A stretch of 57,323 bases of DNA from a virus (taxonomy: Duplodnaviria > Caudoviricetes), in IMG/VR virus record IMGVR_UViG_3300031658_003389, positions 1-57,323 of that record; one strand, written 5' to 3'. A model generated the notes under the pieces. That model did not search any database. It had not been told where the DNA came from and saw only the letters and a list, made by a program, of their open reading frames with translations. Below, in pieces: positions 39,691 to 49,339 of this stretch. Positions within the stretch are counted from its first letter, which is position 1; the number at the start of each line of letters is the position of its first letter. The translations under genes and the position numbers were made by a program.

Positions 39691-39897
39691 ATGGGAAACA
39701 GCCTCAATAAAGCCTTATTTGAGATATCATCATCATTAGGGATACACCCAAAGTGGGAAAATGAATTGATTAAATCGGATTATCATCTTCAAACCTATAA
39801 GCGGTGGGAAGAAGGAAGTAGTTGTGAAAGTAAGTGTAAAGTAATAAAGGATTTATATCTTAATCGGCTACATTATTTAAAAGGATGGATAGGTTAA
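39691..39897 (+). CDS. Hypothetical protein
   Basis: Likely start ATG 39691, downstream of TATATTTATA at 39652. Confidence 0.45.
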   Translation: MGNSLNKALFEISSSLGIHPKWENELIKSDYHLQTYKRWEEGSSCESKCKVIKDLYLNRLHYLKGWIG

Positions 39898-40172
39898 AGT
39901 TTAAACAAAGGTTATGTAACTTCATATTAGAGGTAGGAAACAACATATGGGAAGCTCGTAAAAATGGTTTCTTTCCTTACCTAATTATTCTCTTATTGTT
40001 CTCCCAAACCTCAATGGAGATACAACCAAAGGTGATTACTCCCTTTAAAAATAATTTCCTTATAGGACATAATGGTACACATATTGTGTTACTAATACCA
40101 AAGGGTAACCAATCACAAAGGTTAACTGAATCCATAAGGGTTCTGAGTGAAGTAACAACCCAAAAAATATAA
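39885..40172 (+). CDS. Hypothetical protein (region may also be structured RNA)
   Basis: ORF with a central hydrophobic patch; several inverted repeats. Confidence 0.35.
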   Translation: MDRLKFKQRLCNFILEVGNNIWEARKNGFFPYLIILLLFSQTSMEIQPKVITPFKNNFLIGHNGTHIVLLIPKGNQSQRLTESIRVLSEVTTQKI

Positions 40173-40187
40173 CTTAAAATCATAATT

Positions 40188-41075
40188 ATGAAAAATTTAC
40201 TATTATTACTATCGGTATTCTTAATGATGAGTTGTGGAACGTTTAAAGTATCTACACTATCTTATGACCCAATCTACACTACTGCGAATGGAGAAACCAT
40301 TGATGTAAATGTAGTGGATAATGAATGGGAATTAAATAGATTACTCAGAGATGATTTTAATTTTAGATATGATTATGCTCAATACGCTAAATCTCAGCCT
40401 ATATCATTTGATTGGAATAATAGAATACTAAGAAATAATAGATTCAATAGATATAACTTCAATAATAGATACAGTTGGAGTAATGGGTTCAATATGAATT
40501 CATATTGGAATAGAGATTTGATGTGGGATGATTGGTTATGGGGATATTCATCTATGAATTATGGAATGGGTTGGTCTTATAGCTGGAACAATAGAAGTTG
40601 GTCATCAAACCAATGGGGATGGAATGGATATTATGGTTATGGAAATCCTTATGGATGGAACAATAACATTTATGGTTGGAATAACTACAATAGATATAGA
40701 GGTACTAACGTAGCTTATCATAGAGGTAGAAGAAGTGGGGTAGTAAATACTAATGGAAGAGCACACGCTGCTATGATACAATCTACAAAAGTAAAAAAGA
40801 GAAGAACAATAAATACTAACGTAACACCTATACGTAATAATACAAGAGTAAGGGAAGTTAGAAGTAGTGAGGTTAGGGTTATAAAACCAAGAAGAGCTTC
40901 GACAGTAATTACACCTATTAGAAATAATAGAAATAATAGAAATACAACACCTATAAGAAATTATAATAATAAACCTACTAATAATAGTAGAAGTGTACGA
41001 ACAACTTCTCCTCCACCGAGACGTTCTACACCTGTAATTGGAAAGCGTGGAGGTAATTCAATTAAAAGACAGTAA
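40188..41075 (+). CDS. Lipoprotein with N/W/Y/G-rich and R/N/T-rich low-complexity regions
   Basis: Signal peptide and lipobox MMSC; GWNGYYGYGNPYGWNN; repeated TPIRN. Confidence 0.8.
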   Translation: MKNLLLLLSVFLMMSCGTFKVSTLSYDPIYTTANGETIDVNVVDNEWELNRLLRDDFNFRYDYAQYAKSQPISFDWNNRILRNNRFNRYNFNNRYSWSNGFNMNSYWNRDLMWDDWLWGYSSMNYGMGWSYSWNNRSWSSNQWGWNGYYGYGNPYGWNNNIYGWNNYNRYRGTNVAYHRGRRSGVVNTNGRAHAAMIQSTKVKKRRTINTNVTPIRNNTRVREVRSSEVRVIKPRRASTVITPIRNNRNNRNTTPIRNYNNKPTNNSRSVRTTSPPPRRSTPVIGKRGGNSIKRQ

Positions 41076-41686
41076 TGAATAATTTGTTAAGAAACGTAGT
41101 ACTATCGATTATCCTAATAGTAACATCCACTTCAATAGCAGGACAAACTAAAAGAGAATCGGTATATGTAAAAACCCCAATATTTGAGGTTTGGTACAAT
41201 GAAGTATATGAACAACCAATGAAGTTGATATATAAATCTGAGAATAGAGAAACTAATGTGAATAGAGGTTCAATGGACTTTAAAACTGAAAAGTTATATC
41301 ACACATCAGATAAAGCAGATTACTATCGTAACATATATGATAAAGGTCATTTAGCACCAGCTGCAGCATTCTCCGATAATATGGTGAATTTAAAACAAAC
41401 ATTCTCTTACTTAAATTGTGCTCTACAAGAACAAACAATGAATAGAGTAGAGTGGAGATTGTTAGAATCACAAGAACGTAAGTGGGATGATGAACAAACC
41501 TTAGTTGTAACCATCAATTTAATATTTGATGAAGGGCATGAGGTACTACCAACTGGTGGACATATTCCTACAAGAATGGTAAAACATATACTTTTTACAA
41601 AAGATAATATTTATAAATGTTTCGATTTCGAAAACATTAGACCAACTAAAGGTTGGGAAGAGCATGAGGTAACTCATAAACATTAA
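41075..41686 (+). CDS. Secreted DNA/RNA non-specific endonuclease (NucA family)
   Basis: Signal peptide; DKGHLAPAA, TF..LN..LQ...MNR..W..LE..ER. Confidence 0.9.
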   Translation: MNNLLRNVVLSIILIVTSTSIAGQTKRESVYVKTPIFEVWYNEVYEQPMKLIYKSENRETNVNRGSMDFKTEKLYHTSDKADYYRNIYDKGHLAPAAAFSDNMVNLKQTFSYLNCALQEQTMNRVEWRLLESQERKWDDEQTLVVTINLIFDEGHEVLPTGGHIPTRMVKHILFTKDNIYKCFDFENIRPTKGWEEHEVTHKH

Positions 41687-41856
41687 TGGGTAGTTTGATA
41701 TTTTTTGTAGTATTATGTGTATTTGCGCTGATTCAACAAAGAGATAACTAAAAAAATTAAGAAAAAACTTTGAATATCCAATAATTTATTGTATATTTAT
41801 AGTTACAAAGAGAAAAAATATATATTTATAACTAATAACAAAGAACAAATTTTATT

Positions 41857-42249
41857 ATGGCATTAACATACGAATGGAAATTAACCGGTTTAAAGAAGCA
41901 GGATACTGCTGATTTAAGTGATTTAGTAGTTGGAACTCGTTGGGAACTTAAAGGAACCAACTCAGATGATGTATTTGGAAAATTTAGTGGAGCAACTCCA
42001 TTGGACTTACCTGATGCTGATGAAGAAAATTACGTTGCATACGCTGATTTAACTGAAACTCAAGTATTAGGTTGGATTAAGAGTATCGTAAGTGGTAGTG
42101 GTAGTAGTAACTATATGGAACATATCAACGAACAAATTCAAAAAGAAATCGATGAAAAGGTACATACACAATTAGAAGTTACTTCTAATGATTTACCTTG
42201 GAGTGAAACTTCAGGTAGTGCACCTCAAGAAGATGCAGCACCAGTATAG
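41857..42249 (+). CDS. Phage protein, probably tail-associated
   Basis: TYEWKL, YADLTETQVLGWIK, LPW pattern common in phage tail regions. Confidence 0.6.
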   Translation: MALTYEWKLTGLKKQDTADLSDLVVGTRWELKGTNSDDVFGKFSGATPLDLPDADEENYVAYADLTETQVLGWIKSIVSGSGSSNYMEHINEQIQKEIDEKVHTQLEVTSNDLPWSETSGSAPQEDAAPV

Positions 42250-42280
42250 TATTCGGTAACATTTTTAAAAATAATTAAAG

Positions 42281-42308
42281 AAAGACTTGGTTTTACCAAG
42301 TCTTTTTT
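42281..42308 (+). terminator. Intrinsic terminator overlapping a promoter
   Basis: AAAGACTTGG-TTTTA-CCAAGTCTTT plus T-tract. Confidence 0.75.
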
Positions 42309-42337
42309 GTATATTAGTGTTTCAAACAATAAGTTAT

Positions 42338-43663
42338 ATGGCAATTACTCCCTTTTCGGTATTGGATACACGTACCAAAGAATGGAAACAACGTAAGGAA
42401 TATTGGATAACCACTCAAGGTATCCAATCTGAATTAGGTAGAGAGGATACCCAAAGTAAAACAATCTTTTGGGATACTCCATCTACCAACGTTTCTATCT
42501 TTGACCCAGTCTTATGTGAGATGATGTACGAATGGTTCTCACCAAAAGGTGGAATGGTATTAGACCCGTTCGCTGGTGGAAGTGTAAGAGGAATTGTAGC
42601 TGAAGAGATGGATAGGAAATATGTTGGTATTGATTTATCTGAAACTCAAATCAAAGCTAACAAAGAACAATCAAAGAAACCTTTATGGATTTGTGGAGAT
42701 TCGAATGTAGAATTGGATAAAGTAGCCGATGAAGCATTTGACTTTGTATTTACGTGTCCTCCTTATTATGATTTAGAAGTTTATACTGATAATCCAAATG
42801 ATATATCCAATATGGATGTTGAATCATTTGATAAGGTATATGAATCCATACTCAGTAAATCGGTACAAAAGTTAAAAGATAACAGATTCTATGGAATTGT
42901 GGTATCTGAGGTTAGGGAACCATCTGTAACTGGGAAGTATTCTAAGGGTAGGTATAAAGGATTAGTTCGTAAAACGATTGATATGTTAGAATCAAATGGA
43001 ATGGAGTTCTATAATGATATGATTCTATTTAATTCTCAACATCAAGCATCACGAATTGGTAAAACTTACTTCGAACGTAATAGAAAGATTCCATCAGTAC
43101 ATCAAAACATATTAATCTTTGTAAAAGGTAACCCAGACTTAGCTACCATTGAAATGGAAGGTGGGGAACCTATATGTATGGTAGATGGTAAAGAATACTT
43201 ATCATTTAGACATGCTGCTATTGATGTGGAACCTAATAAGTTAGTTGCATCTGAGGTAGAACGTAGGTGTAATAGTACAAAATCAACATATAAGGATTGG
43301 CAAATCATAGGTAGTGAAACAAAACCAACCATTAAGTATGAAGTAGGTGGTGTACCATTTGAATCACCATTACAAATTTCTGAGTTAAGTGGGTTAACAC
43401 CTACGGAATGTAGAAATAGAATTGAATCAAACAACCCAATATATCGTCATTGGATTAAAGCAGATGGATGGGATGTTACCTATTCTGAGATGGAAGATGT
43501 ATGGGAATGTGGGTTGGAATTGGAAAAACCAATCATAGATATTGAGGGTAACTCATTTTATTCGTTAAAAGAAGCAGGTGAATACTTAAACATATCAGCA
43601 GAGAGAGTAAGACAAAAATTGAACGATTTGAAATTTAATCGTTGGATTTATTTGTATAAGTAA
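42338..43663 (+). CDS. N6A/N4C DNA methyltransferase with C-terminal NUMOD1-like repeats
   Basis: VLDPFAGG, FTCPPYY; three C-terminal (I/V)xGxx(Y/F)xS...A units; likely start ATG 42338. Confidence 0.85.
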   Translation: MAITPFSVLDTRTKEWKQRKEYWITTQGIQSELGREDTQSKTIFWDTPSTNVSIFDPVLCEMMYEWFSPKGGMVLDPFAGGSVRGIVAEEMDRKYVGIDLSETQIKANKEQSKKPLWICGDSNVELDKVADEAFDFVFTCPPYYDLEVYTDNPNDISNMDVESFDKVYESILSKSVQKLKDNRFYGIVVSEVREPSVTGKYSKGRYKGLVRKTIDMLESNGMEFYNDMILFNSQHQASRIGKTYFERNRKIPSVHQNILIFVKGNPDLATIEMEGGEPICMVDGKEYLSFRHAAIDVEPNKLVASEVERRCNSTKSTYKDWQIIGSETKPTIKYEVGGVPFESPLQISELSGLTPTECRNRIESNNPIYRHWIKADGWDVTYSEMEDVWECGLELEKPIIDIEGNSFYSLKEAGEYLNISAERVRQKLNDLKFNRWIYLYK

Positions 43664-43682
43664 AATAAATTTCGTATATTTG
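43651..43682 (+). promoter_or_regulatory. Consensus Bacteroidota promoter
   Basis: TTTG at 43651 and TATATTTG at 43675 match TTTG / TAnnTTTG exactly. Confidence 0.8.
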
Positions 43683-43704
43683 TAAAATATTAAAAAGTAA
43701 AACA

Positions 43705-45687
43705 ATGAAAAAAATAACATTATTAGCTATTATGTTGGGATTGAGTACATCAGTATTCTCTCAACAAACTAACGATACTACAACTAAACTAGATGAAGTT
43801 GTTGTAACCGCAACACGTAGTGAAATCTCATTAGAGGATTCACCAATACCTACTGAAGTGATTGGTAAGAGGGAAATCGAAAGATTAAACCTAATTACAA
43901 TGCAAGACCTTTTACAAGCTAAAGGTATTCAAGTAGCACCAATGAAAAGTGGAGGGTTTCAATTAAGAGGTCTTTCATCTGAGTATGTATTGGTAATGAT
44001 TGATGGAGTTCCAATTGCCGGAAGGGAAAGTGGAGCGTTGGATTTATCCAATATCAATTTAGGAAACGTAGAAAGAGTTGAAATCGTAAAAGGTTCAATG
44101 TCATCTCTATGGGGTAACCATGCAATTGGTGGTGTGATTAACATCATTACTAAGAAAGGTGGTAAACCATCTATACAACTGAATACTCAATATGGAACTA
44201 ACAATACATCTTTGTTAGGATTGACTGGAAACTTTAATAAAGGTAACTTCAGTAATGTATCTAAGGTAACATTGGGAAACTCAGATGGATTCGATGCAGA
44301 CCCAAATACATATGGTAAGACAGTCTTACCATCTTCTTTATTAAACATCTCAAATAGAAGTACATATAGTGATGGTGTAAACACATTCTCATTAGCAGCT
44401 AATTACTTTAAGAAAGATTCAGAAGGAGAAACTGTAACGGAAACGAATACAGCAGGTCAATTGATTGAAACTACTGAGGAAAATACATCCGATAATCTTA
44501 TTTTAGATTTAAACTATAAAAGAACATTCGGAAAGTATGTAAGTGAAATCAAATTATCGAACTCATCTTTTAGTAATTCTAACAAAGCATCATTTGAATT
44601 CTTTGGACAAGATGTTGAAAGAGTAGATGAGAGTACGCAAAATATATTCCAACCTGAGATGATTAATTCTTATAATTGGAATGATAAGAACCAAACTACA
44701 TTAGGATTTGGTATGAGAGAATACACTTATGATACTGAGAGATATGGTGGTGAAAGAAACTTAGGTTCATCCTTTGGATATCTACAACACTATCTTAACT
44801 TAGGTAAACTAAATATTATAGCTGGTGGTAGATTCGATAGTTATTCTGAATTCGGTTCGAACTTCTCGCCAAAGATATCTGCTAAATACGATGTAGGTAA
44901 ATTCTCATTCAATACATCAGTTGGTAGTGGATTCAGAGTTCCTGATTTTAGAACAATGTATCTTTCTTTAGGAGGATTCACACAAGGATTCTATGTATTA
45001 GGTTCGGAACTTATAGAAGATGAGATTAATTTCTACCAATCAAACAATCAAATAGCTTTCTTAGCATATGATATCAACGATATTAATTCATTAAAATCAG
45101 AAACTTCTGTATCTTATGATTTCGGAGTATCTTATAAAATAAACAATAGAAGTAAAGTAGGGGTTAATGTATTCCAAACTAACACAACTGATTTGATTGA
45201 ATCAGTATTTGTAGGACAGTTTATCAATCAAACCATATTATTTGGATACACAAATATCAATGATGCAACATTTAGAGGAATTGAATTTGAAGGATTGTAT
45301 CAGAAAGGTGGACTAAGATTAGATGGTTCATACCAATACTTAGAAACTGAAGCTATTAAGGGTGATGGAACTGAATTCTTCTTAGGAGAAAGACCAAAGC
45401 ACTTAACTAACTTATCAGCATCTTATACAACATCTAAGAAATATTCATTCGTATTGAATGGTACACACAAATCAGAATACTTCTTTAGAGATGTAGATGG
45501 TAGTGGAACGCAGGATGTGAATGAGTTTATACCTCAACATACATTATTAAACGGAATTATTACAAAGCAATTTGGAAAATACACAATTGGTGTAGGTTCT
45601 AATAATATATTAAACTTTACAAATAGTGAGTTCTTGAAGTTTCAAAACGGAAGAACTGTATTTGGAAAGTTAACTTATAAACTATAA
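43705..45687 (+). CDS. TonB-dependent outer-membrane receptor (HmuR/BtuB-like)
   Basis: Signal peptide, LDEVVVTATR TonB box, plug (LRGL, VMIDGVP, VERVEIVKG, GGVINIITKK), GFRVP, C-terminal GRTVFGKLTYKL. Confidence 0.95.
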   Translation: MKKITLLAIMLGLSTSVFSQQTNDTTTKLDEVVVTATRSEISLEDSPIPTEVIGKREIERLNLITMQDLLQAKGIQVAPMKSGGFQLRGLSSEYVLVMIDGVPIAGRESGALDLSNINLGNVERVEIVKGSMSSLWGNHAIGGVINIITKKGGKPSIQLNTQYGTNNTSLLGLTGNFNKGNFSNVSKVTLGNSDGFDADPNTYGKTVLPSSLLNISNRSTYSDGVNTFSLAANYFKKDSEGETVTETNTAGQLIETTEENTSDNLILDLNYKRTFGKYVSEIKLSNSSFSNSNKASFEFFGQDVERVDESTQNIFQPEMINSYNWNDKNQTTLGFGMREYTYDTERYGGERNLGSSFGYLQHYLNLGKLNIIAGGRFDSYSEFGSNFSPKISAKYDVGKFSFNTSVGSGFRVPDFRTMYLSLGGFTQGFYVLGSELIEDEINFYQSNNQIAFLAYDINDINSLKSETSVSYDFGVSYKINNRSKVGVNVFQTNTTDLIESVFVGQFINQTILFGYTNINDATFRGIEFEGLYQKGGLRLDGSYQYLETEAIKGDGTEFFLGERPKHLTNLSASYTTSKKYSFVLNGTHKSEYFFRDVDGSGTQDVNEFIPQHTLLNGIITKQFGKYTIGVGSNNILNFTNSEFLKFQNGRTVFGKLTYKL

Positions 45688-45693
45688 TAAACA

Positions 45694-46545
45694 ATGAAGA
45701 TATTAGTAACAGGCGGGAACGGCTTCATCGGTTCGAATCTAATTAAGAAATTACTATCAGAGGGGCATAATGTTGTTTCATTGGATGATTTATCAACTGG
45801 TTTGAAAGAATATGAAGTTGAAGGATGTAATTATGTATATGGGGATATTGAAAATCTCTTATATTGGAAAGGTGATAACTTTGATTTGGTTTACCATCTT
45901 GCTGCATTAGCTAGAATCCAACCATCATTCGATGACCCAATGGAAACATTTAGAGTAGACACGTTTGGTGTTCAAATTGTAGCTGAATGGGCTAGACAGA
46001 ATGATGTAAAGGTTGTATATGCTGGTTCATCATCTCGTTGGTGTAATCCAGAAACATCACCATACGCAACTTGTAAGAAGTTAGGTGAGGATATCTTAAA
46101 GATGTACCGAACTGCTTATGGATGTAACTTTGAGATTGCACGTTTCTATAATGTATATGGACCAAATGAATTGGTTGATGGAGAATGGGCAGCTGTTATT
46201 GGTATTTGGAGAAAACAAATCGAAGAAGGTAAGGATATCACAATTATATCAGATGGTGAGCAACGTAGAGATTTTACTTATGTAGATGATATATGTGATG
46301 CATTATATAAGATTGGTACAAGTGATAAAAAGCATGAAGATGCTTGGGAATTGGGAACTGGTATGAATTATTCAATCAATGAAGTATATGGTTTCTTCAA
46401 AGAAAGGTTTGAACACATAGAGAAAGTACATCTTCCAGATGTTGCTGGAAACTATCGACAAACTCTTAGAGAAAACGATGATACTTTAGAGAGATTGGAT
46501 TGGGCACCAACTGATAGATTAAAAGAATATATCCTATCACTTTAA
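45694..46545 (+). CDS. NAD-dependent epimerase/dehydratase
   Basis: TGGNGFIG, HLAA, PYATCK (YxxxK), RFYNVYGP, RRDFTYVDD. Confidence 0.9.
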   Translation: MKILVTGGNGFIGSNLIKKLLSEGHNVVSLDDLSTGLKEYEVEGCNYVYGDIENLLYWKGDNFDLVYHLAALARIQPSFDDPMETFRVDTFGVQIVAEWARQNDVKVVYAGSSSRWCNPETSPYATCKKLGEDILKMYRTAYGCNFEIARFYNVYGPNELVDGEWAAVIGIWRKQIEEGKDITIISDGEQRRDFTYVDDICDALYKIGTSDKKHEDAWELGTGMNYSINEVYGFFKERFEHIEKVHLPDVAGNYRQTLRENDDTLERLDWAPTDRLKEYILSL

Positions 46546-47084
46546 TGAGTAAGATTGTAAATATATTCGGAGGACCTGGAATTGGTAAATCAACTATTGC
46601 TGCTGGTGTGACTTACCAACTCAAAAAGAATCACATTAGTTGTGACCAACCCTATGAGTTTCCAAAGTTATTGGCATGGGATGAGAACCATTCAGCTATA
46701 CAAGACCAACTCTATGTTCTTGCAAATCAACATAGAGGAATAGTAAAGAGTTATGGTAAGGTGGATTACATAGTATTGGATTCACCTATCCTACTCTCTT
46801 TAACTTATCGTAATTACTATAAAGGTATTGATTACCCATCAAGTTTATATGGAGAATCATTTGATAAAATGGTATTAGATGTATTCAATCAATATGATAA
46901 CATCAACATTGTTTTACAAAGAGCTGATGGTGTTCATAACGATATGGAACGATATCAAAACTTAGAAGAATCAAAGGAATTGGATAGAGTTATAGAACAT
47001 AGTTTAATAGATAACAATATCCCATTTCATTCCGTAATTGTAGGTGAGCATACAGTAGATGAAATTATAAAATTAATAGTATAA
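46545..47084 (+). CDS. P-loop NTPase, NadR/AAA_28-like kinase
   Basis: GGPGIGKST, VLDSPILL, RYQNLEES. Confidence 0.8.
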   Translation: MSKIVNIFGGPGIGKSTIAAGVTYQLKKNHISCDQPYEFPKLLAWDENHSAIQDQLYVLANQHRGIVKSYGKVDYIVLDSPILLSLTYRNYYKGIDYPSSLYGESFDKMVLDVFNQYDNINIVLQRADGVHNDMERYQNLEESKELDRVIEHSLIDNNIPFHSVIVGEHTVDEIIKLIV

Positions 47085-47088
47085 ATAA

Positions 47089-48000
47089 ATGAGAGTAATT
47101 GTTACAGGTGGGTGTGGATTCATAGGTTCTTCCTTTGTAAACTACCTACGAAAGAATGTTGAATGTGAGATAGTTGTTATAGATAAACTAACTTACGCTG
47201 GTGATGTATTCAGAATTCCAGCAGACATCCAACTCATAGAAAAAGATATTTGTGATATTGAATTAAATGATATTGGATATGCAGATTACATTGTAAACTT
47301 TGCAGCTGAATCGCATGTAGATAACTCTATCTCAAATGGGTTACCTTTTGTAAAAACCAATGTTGAAGGTACTTTTAATATGTTAGAAGTTGCTAGAAAG
47401 ATTCCTAACTTAAAGAAGTTTGTACAAATATCAACTGATGAAGTTTATGGTGATATGGATAGTAGGGAACTACCATCTGCTAATGAGAATACATCACTTA
47501 AACCATCATCATATTATTCATCTACCAAAGCAGCTGCTGACCATTTGGTTGAATCGGCTGGTAGAACATATGGATTACCTTACTTAATTACGAGAACGTG
47601 TAACAACTTTGGAGAACATCAACATTGGGAAAAGTTCTTACCAACGATAGCTCGTTCTATTCAAAATGATAAACCAATTCCATTATATGGTGATGGTAGT
47701 AATCGAAGAGAGTGGATTTGGGTTGAGGATAATGTAAGAATGGTCTATGATTTGATGATATCGGATATCGGAATATGGAATATCGGTAGTGGGGATAGCT
47801 GGACTAACAAACAAATCATTGAGGAAGTTGGATTGATAATGGATAAGAAAGTTAATTTCGAATTTGTTGCTGATAGATTAGGACATGATGGTAGATACAC
47901 CATTGATATCAGTAAATTAGAATACCATTATGAAACTATTAGATTAACTAATAAAACTATTCGTAAATTTCTACTAGAAAGATTTGGTAGTTCCAATTAA
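47089..48000 (+). CDS. rfbB: dTDP-glucose 4,6-dehydratase
   Basis: DKLTYAG, FAAESHVDNSI, ISTDEVYG, YSSTK, TCNNFG, DRLGHD.RY. Confidence 0.93.
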   Translation: MRVIVTGGCGFIGSSFVNYLRKNVECEIVVIDKLTYAGDVFRIPADIQLIEKDICDIELNDIGYADYIVNFAAESHVDNSISNGLPFVKTNVEGTFNMLEVARKIPNLKKFVQISTDEVYGDMDSRELPSANENTSLKPSSYYSSTKAAADHLVESAGRTYGLPYLITRTCNNFGEHQHWEKFLPTIARSIQNDKPIPLYGDGSNRREWIWVEDNVRMVYDLMISDIGIWNIGSGDSWTNKQIIEEVGLIMDKKVNFEFVADRLGHDGRYTIDISKLEYHYETIRLTNKTIRKFLLERFGSSN

Positions 48001-48069
48001 ATTTCGTATATTTACATATGGGTTGAAAAACACCCTAACCCAAATTAAATAATTAAACACAATTAAAGT

Positions 48070-48159
48070 ATGAAAGGTATTATAATGTTAATAGTAATCT
48101 CTGGCATCCTATGGGGAGCTTGGATGAGTTATCAATGGTTAAGAAACAAAGATAAATAA
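48070..48159 (+). CDS. Small single-TM protein, 29 aa (not in ORF track)
   Basis: MKGIIMLIVISGILWGAWMSYQWLRNKDK, after a promoter at 47983-48014. Confidence 0.5.
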   Translation: MKGIIMLIVISGILWGAWMSYQWLRNKDK

Positions 48160-48164
48160 TAGAT

Positions 48165-48470
48165 ATGGATTATTTTGATATAGGATTAATTTTAGGATAT
48201 ACATCCACAATTATATTTTTAATACTAACTCTCAAAAACAGATGGTTTAACGATAACGCTTTAGAAGATTTATATCTTTGGTGGGATGGTGAAAGACATG
48301 ATGGAGGTGAATTACTATCATGTATTTTACTTGCAAGTAAGGTGTTACTGTTAGCACCACTATTGATATCATTGATATGGGGATTACTACTACCAATGGG
48401 ATTAATAATCTTTATTATATTAAAAATTAGACAAAGAAACATAAACAAAAACAAAAACAATAGAAATTAA
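48165..48470 (+). CDS. Membrane protein
   Basis: Hydrophobic segments at both ends. Confidence 0.6.
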   Translation: MDYFDIGLILGYTSTIIFLILTLKNRWFNDNALEDLYLWWDGERHDGGELLSCILLASKVLLLAPLLISLIWGLLLPMGLIIFIILKIRQRNINKNKNNRN

Positions 48471-48489
48471 CAATTAAAACAATTAAAAA

Positions 48490-49290
48490 ATGAAAAAAGT
48501 TATATTAGTATTATTAGTAGGGTTATTTGGATTGACATCATGTGAAACAGTAGATAGTGGTCATAAAGGTGTGAGAGTATCATGGGGTGGAGAAACTGAT
48601 ATGAGTAAAATATATGGTGAAGGAATGCACAATGGTATTATGTATCTTTTCGATGACATGATTGAATATGATGTTAGAGAGAAAACGACAGTTCAAAGAT
48701 TTGAATTTAATGATAAGAATAATATGGTAACGAAAGTTGAATTATCCTTAGATTATAGTTTAAATCCACTAAAGGTTAATCTATTACATACTAAAATTAC
48801 AGATGTTGAAATTAAGATATTAAAAACTTTAAAATCAGCAGGTAAGGAAGTAGTACCTCAGTATTCAGCTATTGAATTAAACATATCTAAAAGAACTGAA
48901 GCTGAAGCAAAGTTAGCACAAATTATAGCTGAGGAATTACCTGAGTTTTATATTGAGTTTAAGAGATTACAAATGACTGATGTTGATATCCCAGAAGCAG
49001 TTGCAAATTTAGCAACTGAAACGGCAGTTCAGTTAGGTAGAAACGAATTAGCTAAAAAGAAGGAAGCTGAACAAACCGCATTAGCAAAAGCAGCAGTTGC
49101 TAAATCAAAAGGATTGTTTGAAGCAGCTGAGTTTGATGTTAAAACTAAGAAATTGATGTCACAACCAGCGGTATTAAAACTATATGAAGCTGAAACAAAT
49201 AGACAATGGGCTTTGCAAGGTAAATCTAAGTACGGAAGTAATAACGTATTTGGAGCTGGTGTAAGTGTTCTGAAAGGATTAAAGAACTAA
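48490..49290 (+). CDS. SPFH/Band 7 (prohibitin-like) protein with lipoprotein-type signal
   Basis: GLTSC, VDSGHKGVRV, YSAIEL...KR, MTDVDIPE, Ala/Glu/Lys coiled coil. Confidence 0.85.
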   Translation: MKKVILVLLVGLFGLTSCETVDSGHKGVRVSWGGETDMSKIYGEGMHNGIMYLFDDMIEYDVREKTTVQRFEFNDKNNMVTKVELSLDYSLNPLKVNLLHTKITDVEIKILKTLKSAGKEVVPQYSAIELNISKRTEAEAKLAQIIAEELPEFYIEFKRLQMTDVDIPEAVANLATETAVQLGRNELAKKKEAEQTALAKAAVAKSKGLFEAAEFDVKTKKLMSQPAVLKLYEAETNRQWALQGKSKYGSNNVFGAGVSVLKGLKN

Positions 49291-49302
49291 ATCCTATATA
49301 AT

Positions 49303-49338
49303 AAGAAACCCCAATTTGAAAGAGTTGGGGTTTTCTTT
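49303..49338 (+). terminator. Intrinsic terminator
   Basis: AAACCCCAAT...GTTGGGGTTT stem then T-rich tract. Confidence 0.8.
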
Positions 49339-49339
49339 A

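Noticed and set aside
40126-40157. Hammerhead ribozyme suggested by CTGA...GAA
   Set aside because: The CUGANGA and GAAA core with three correctly placed stems could not be assembled.
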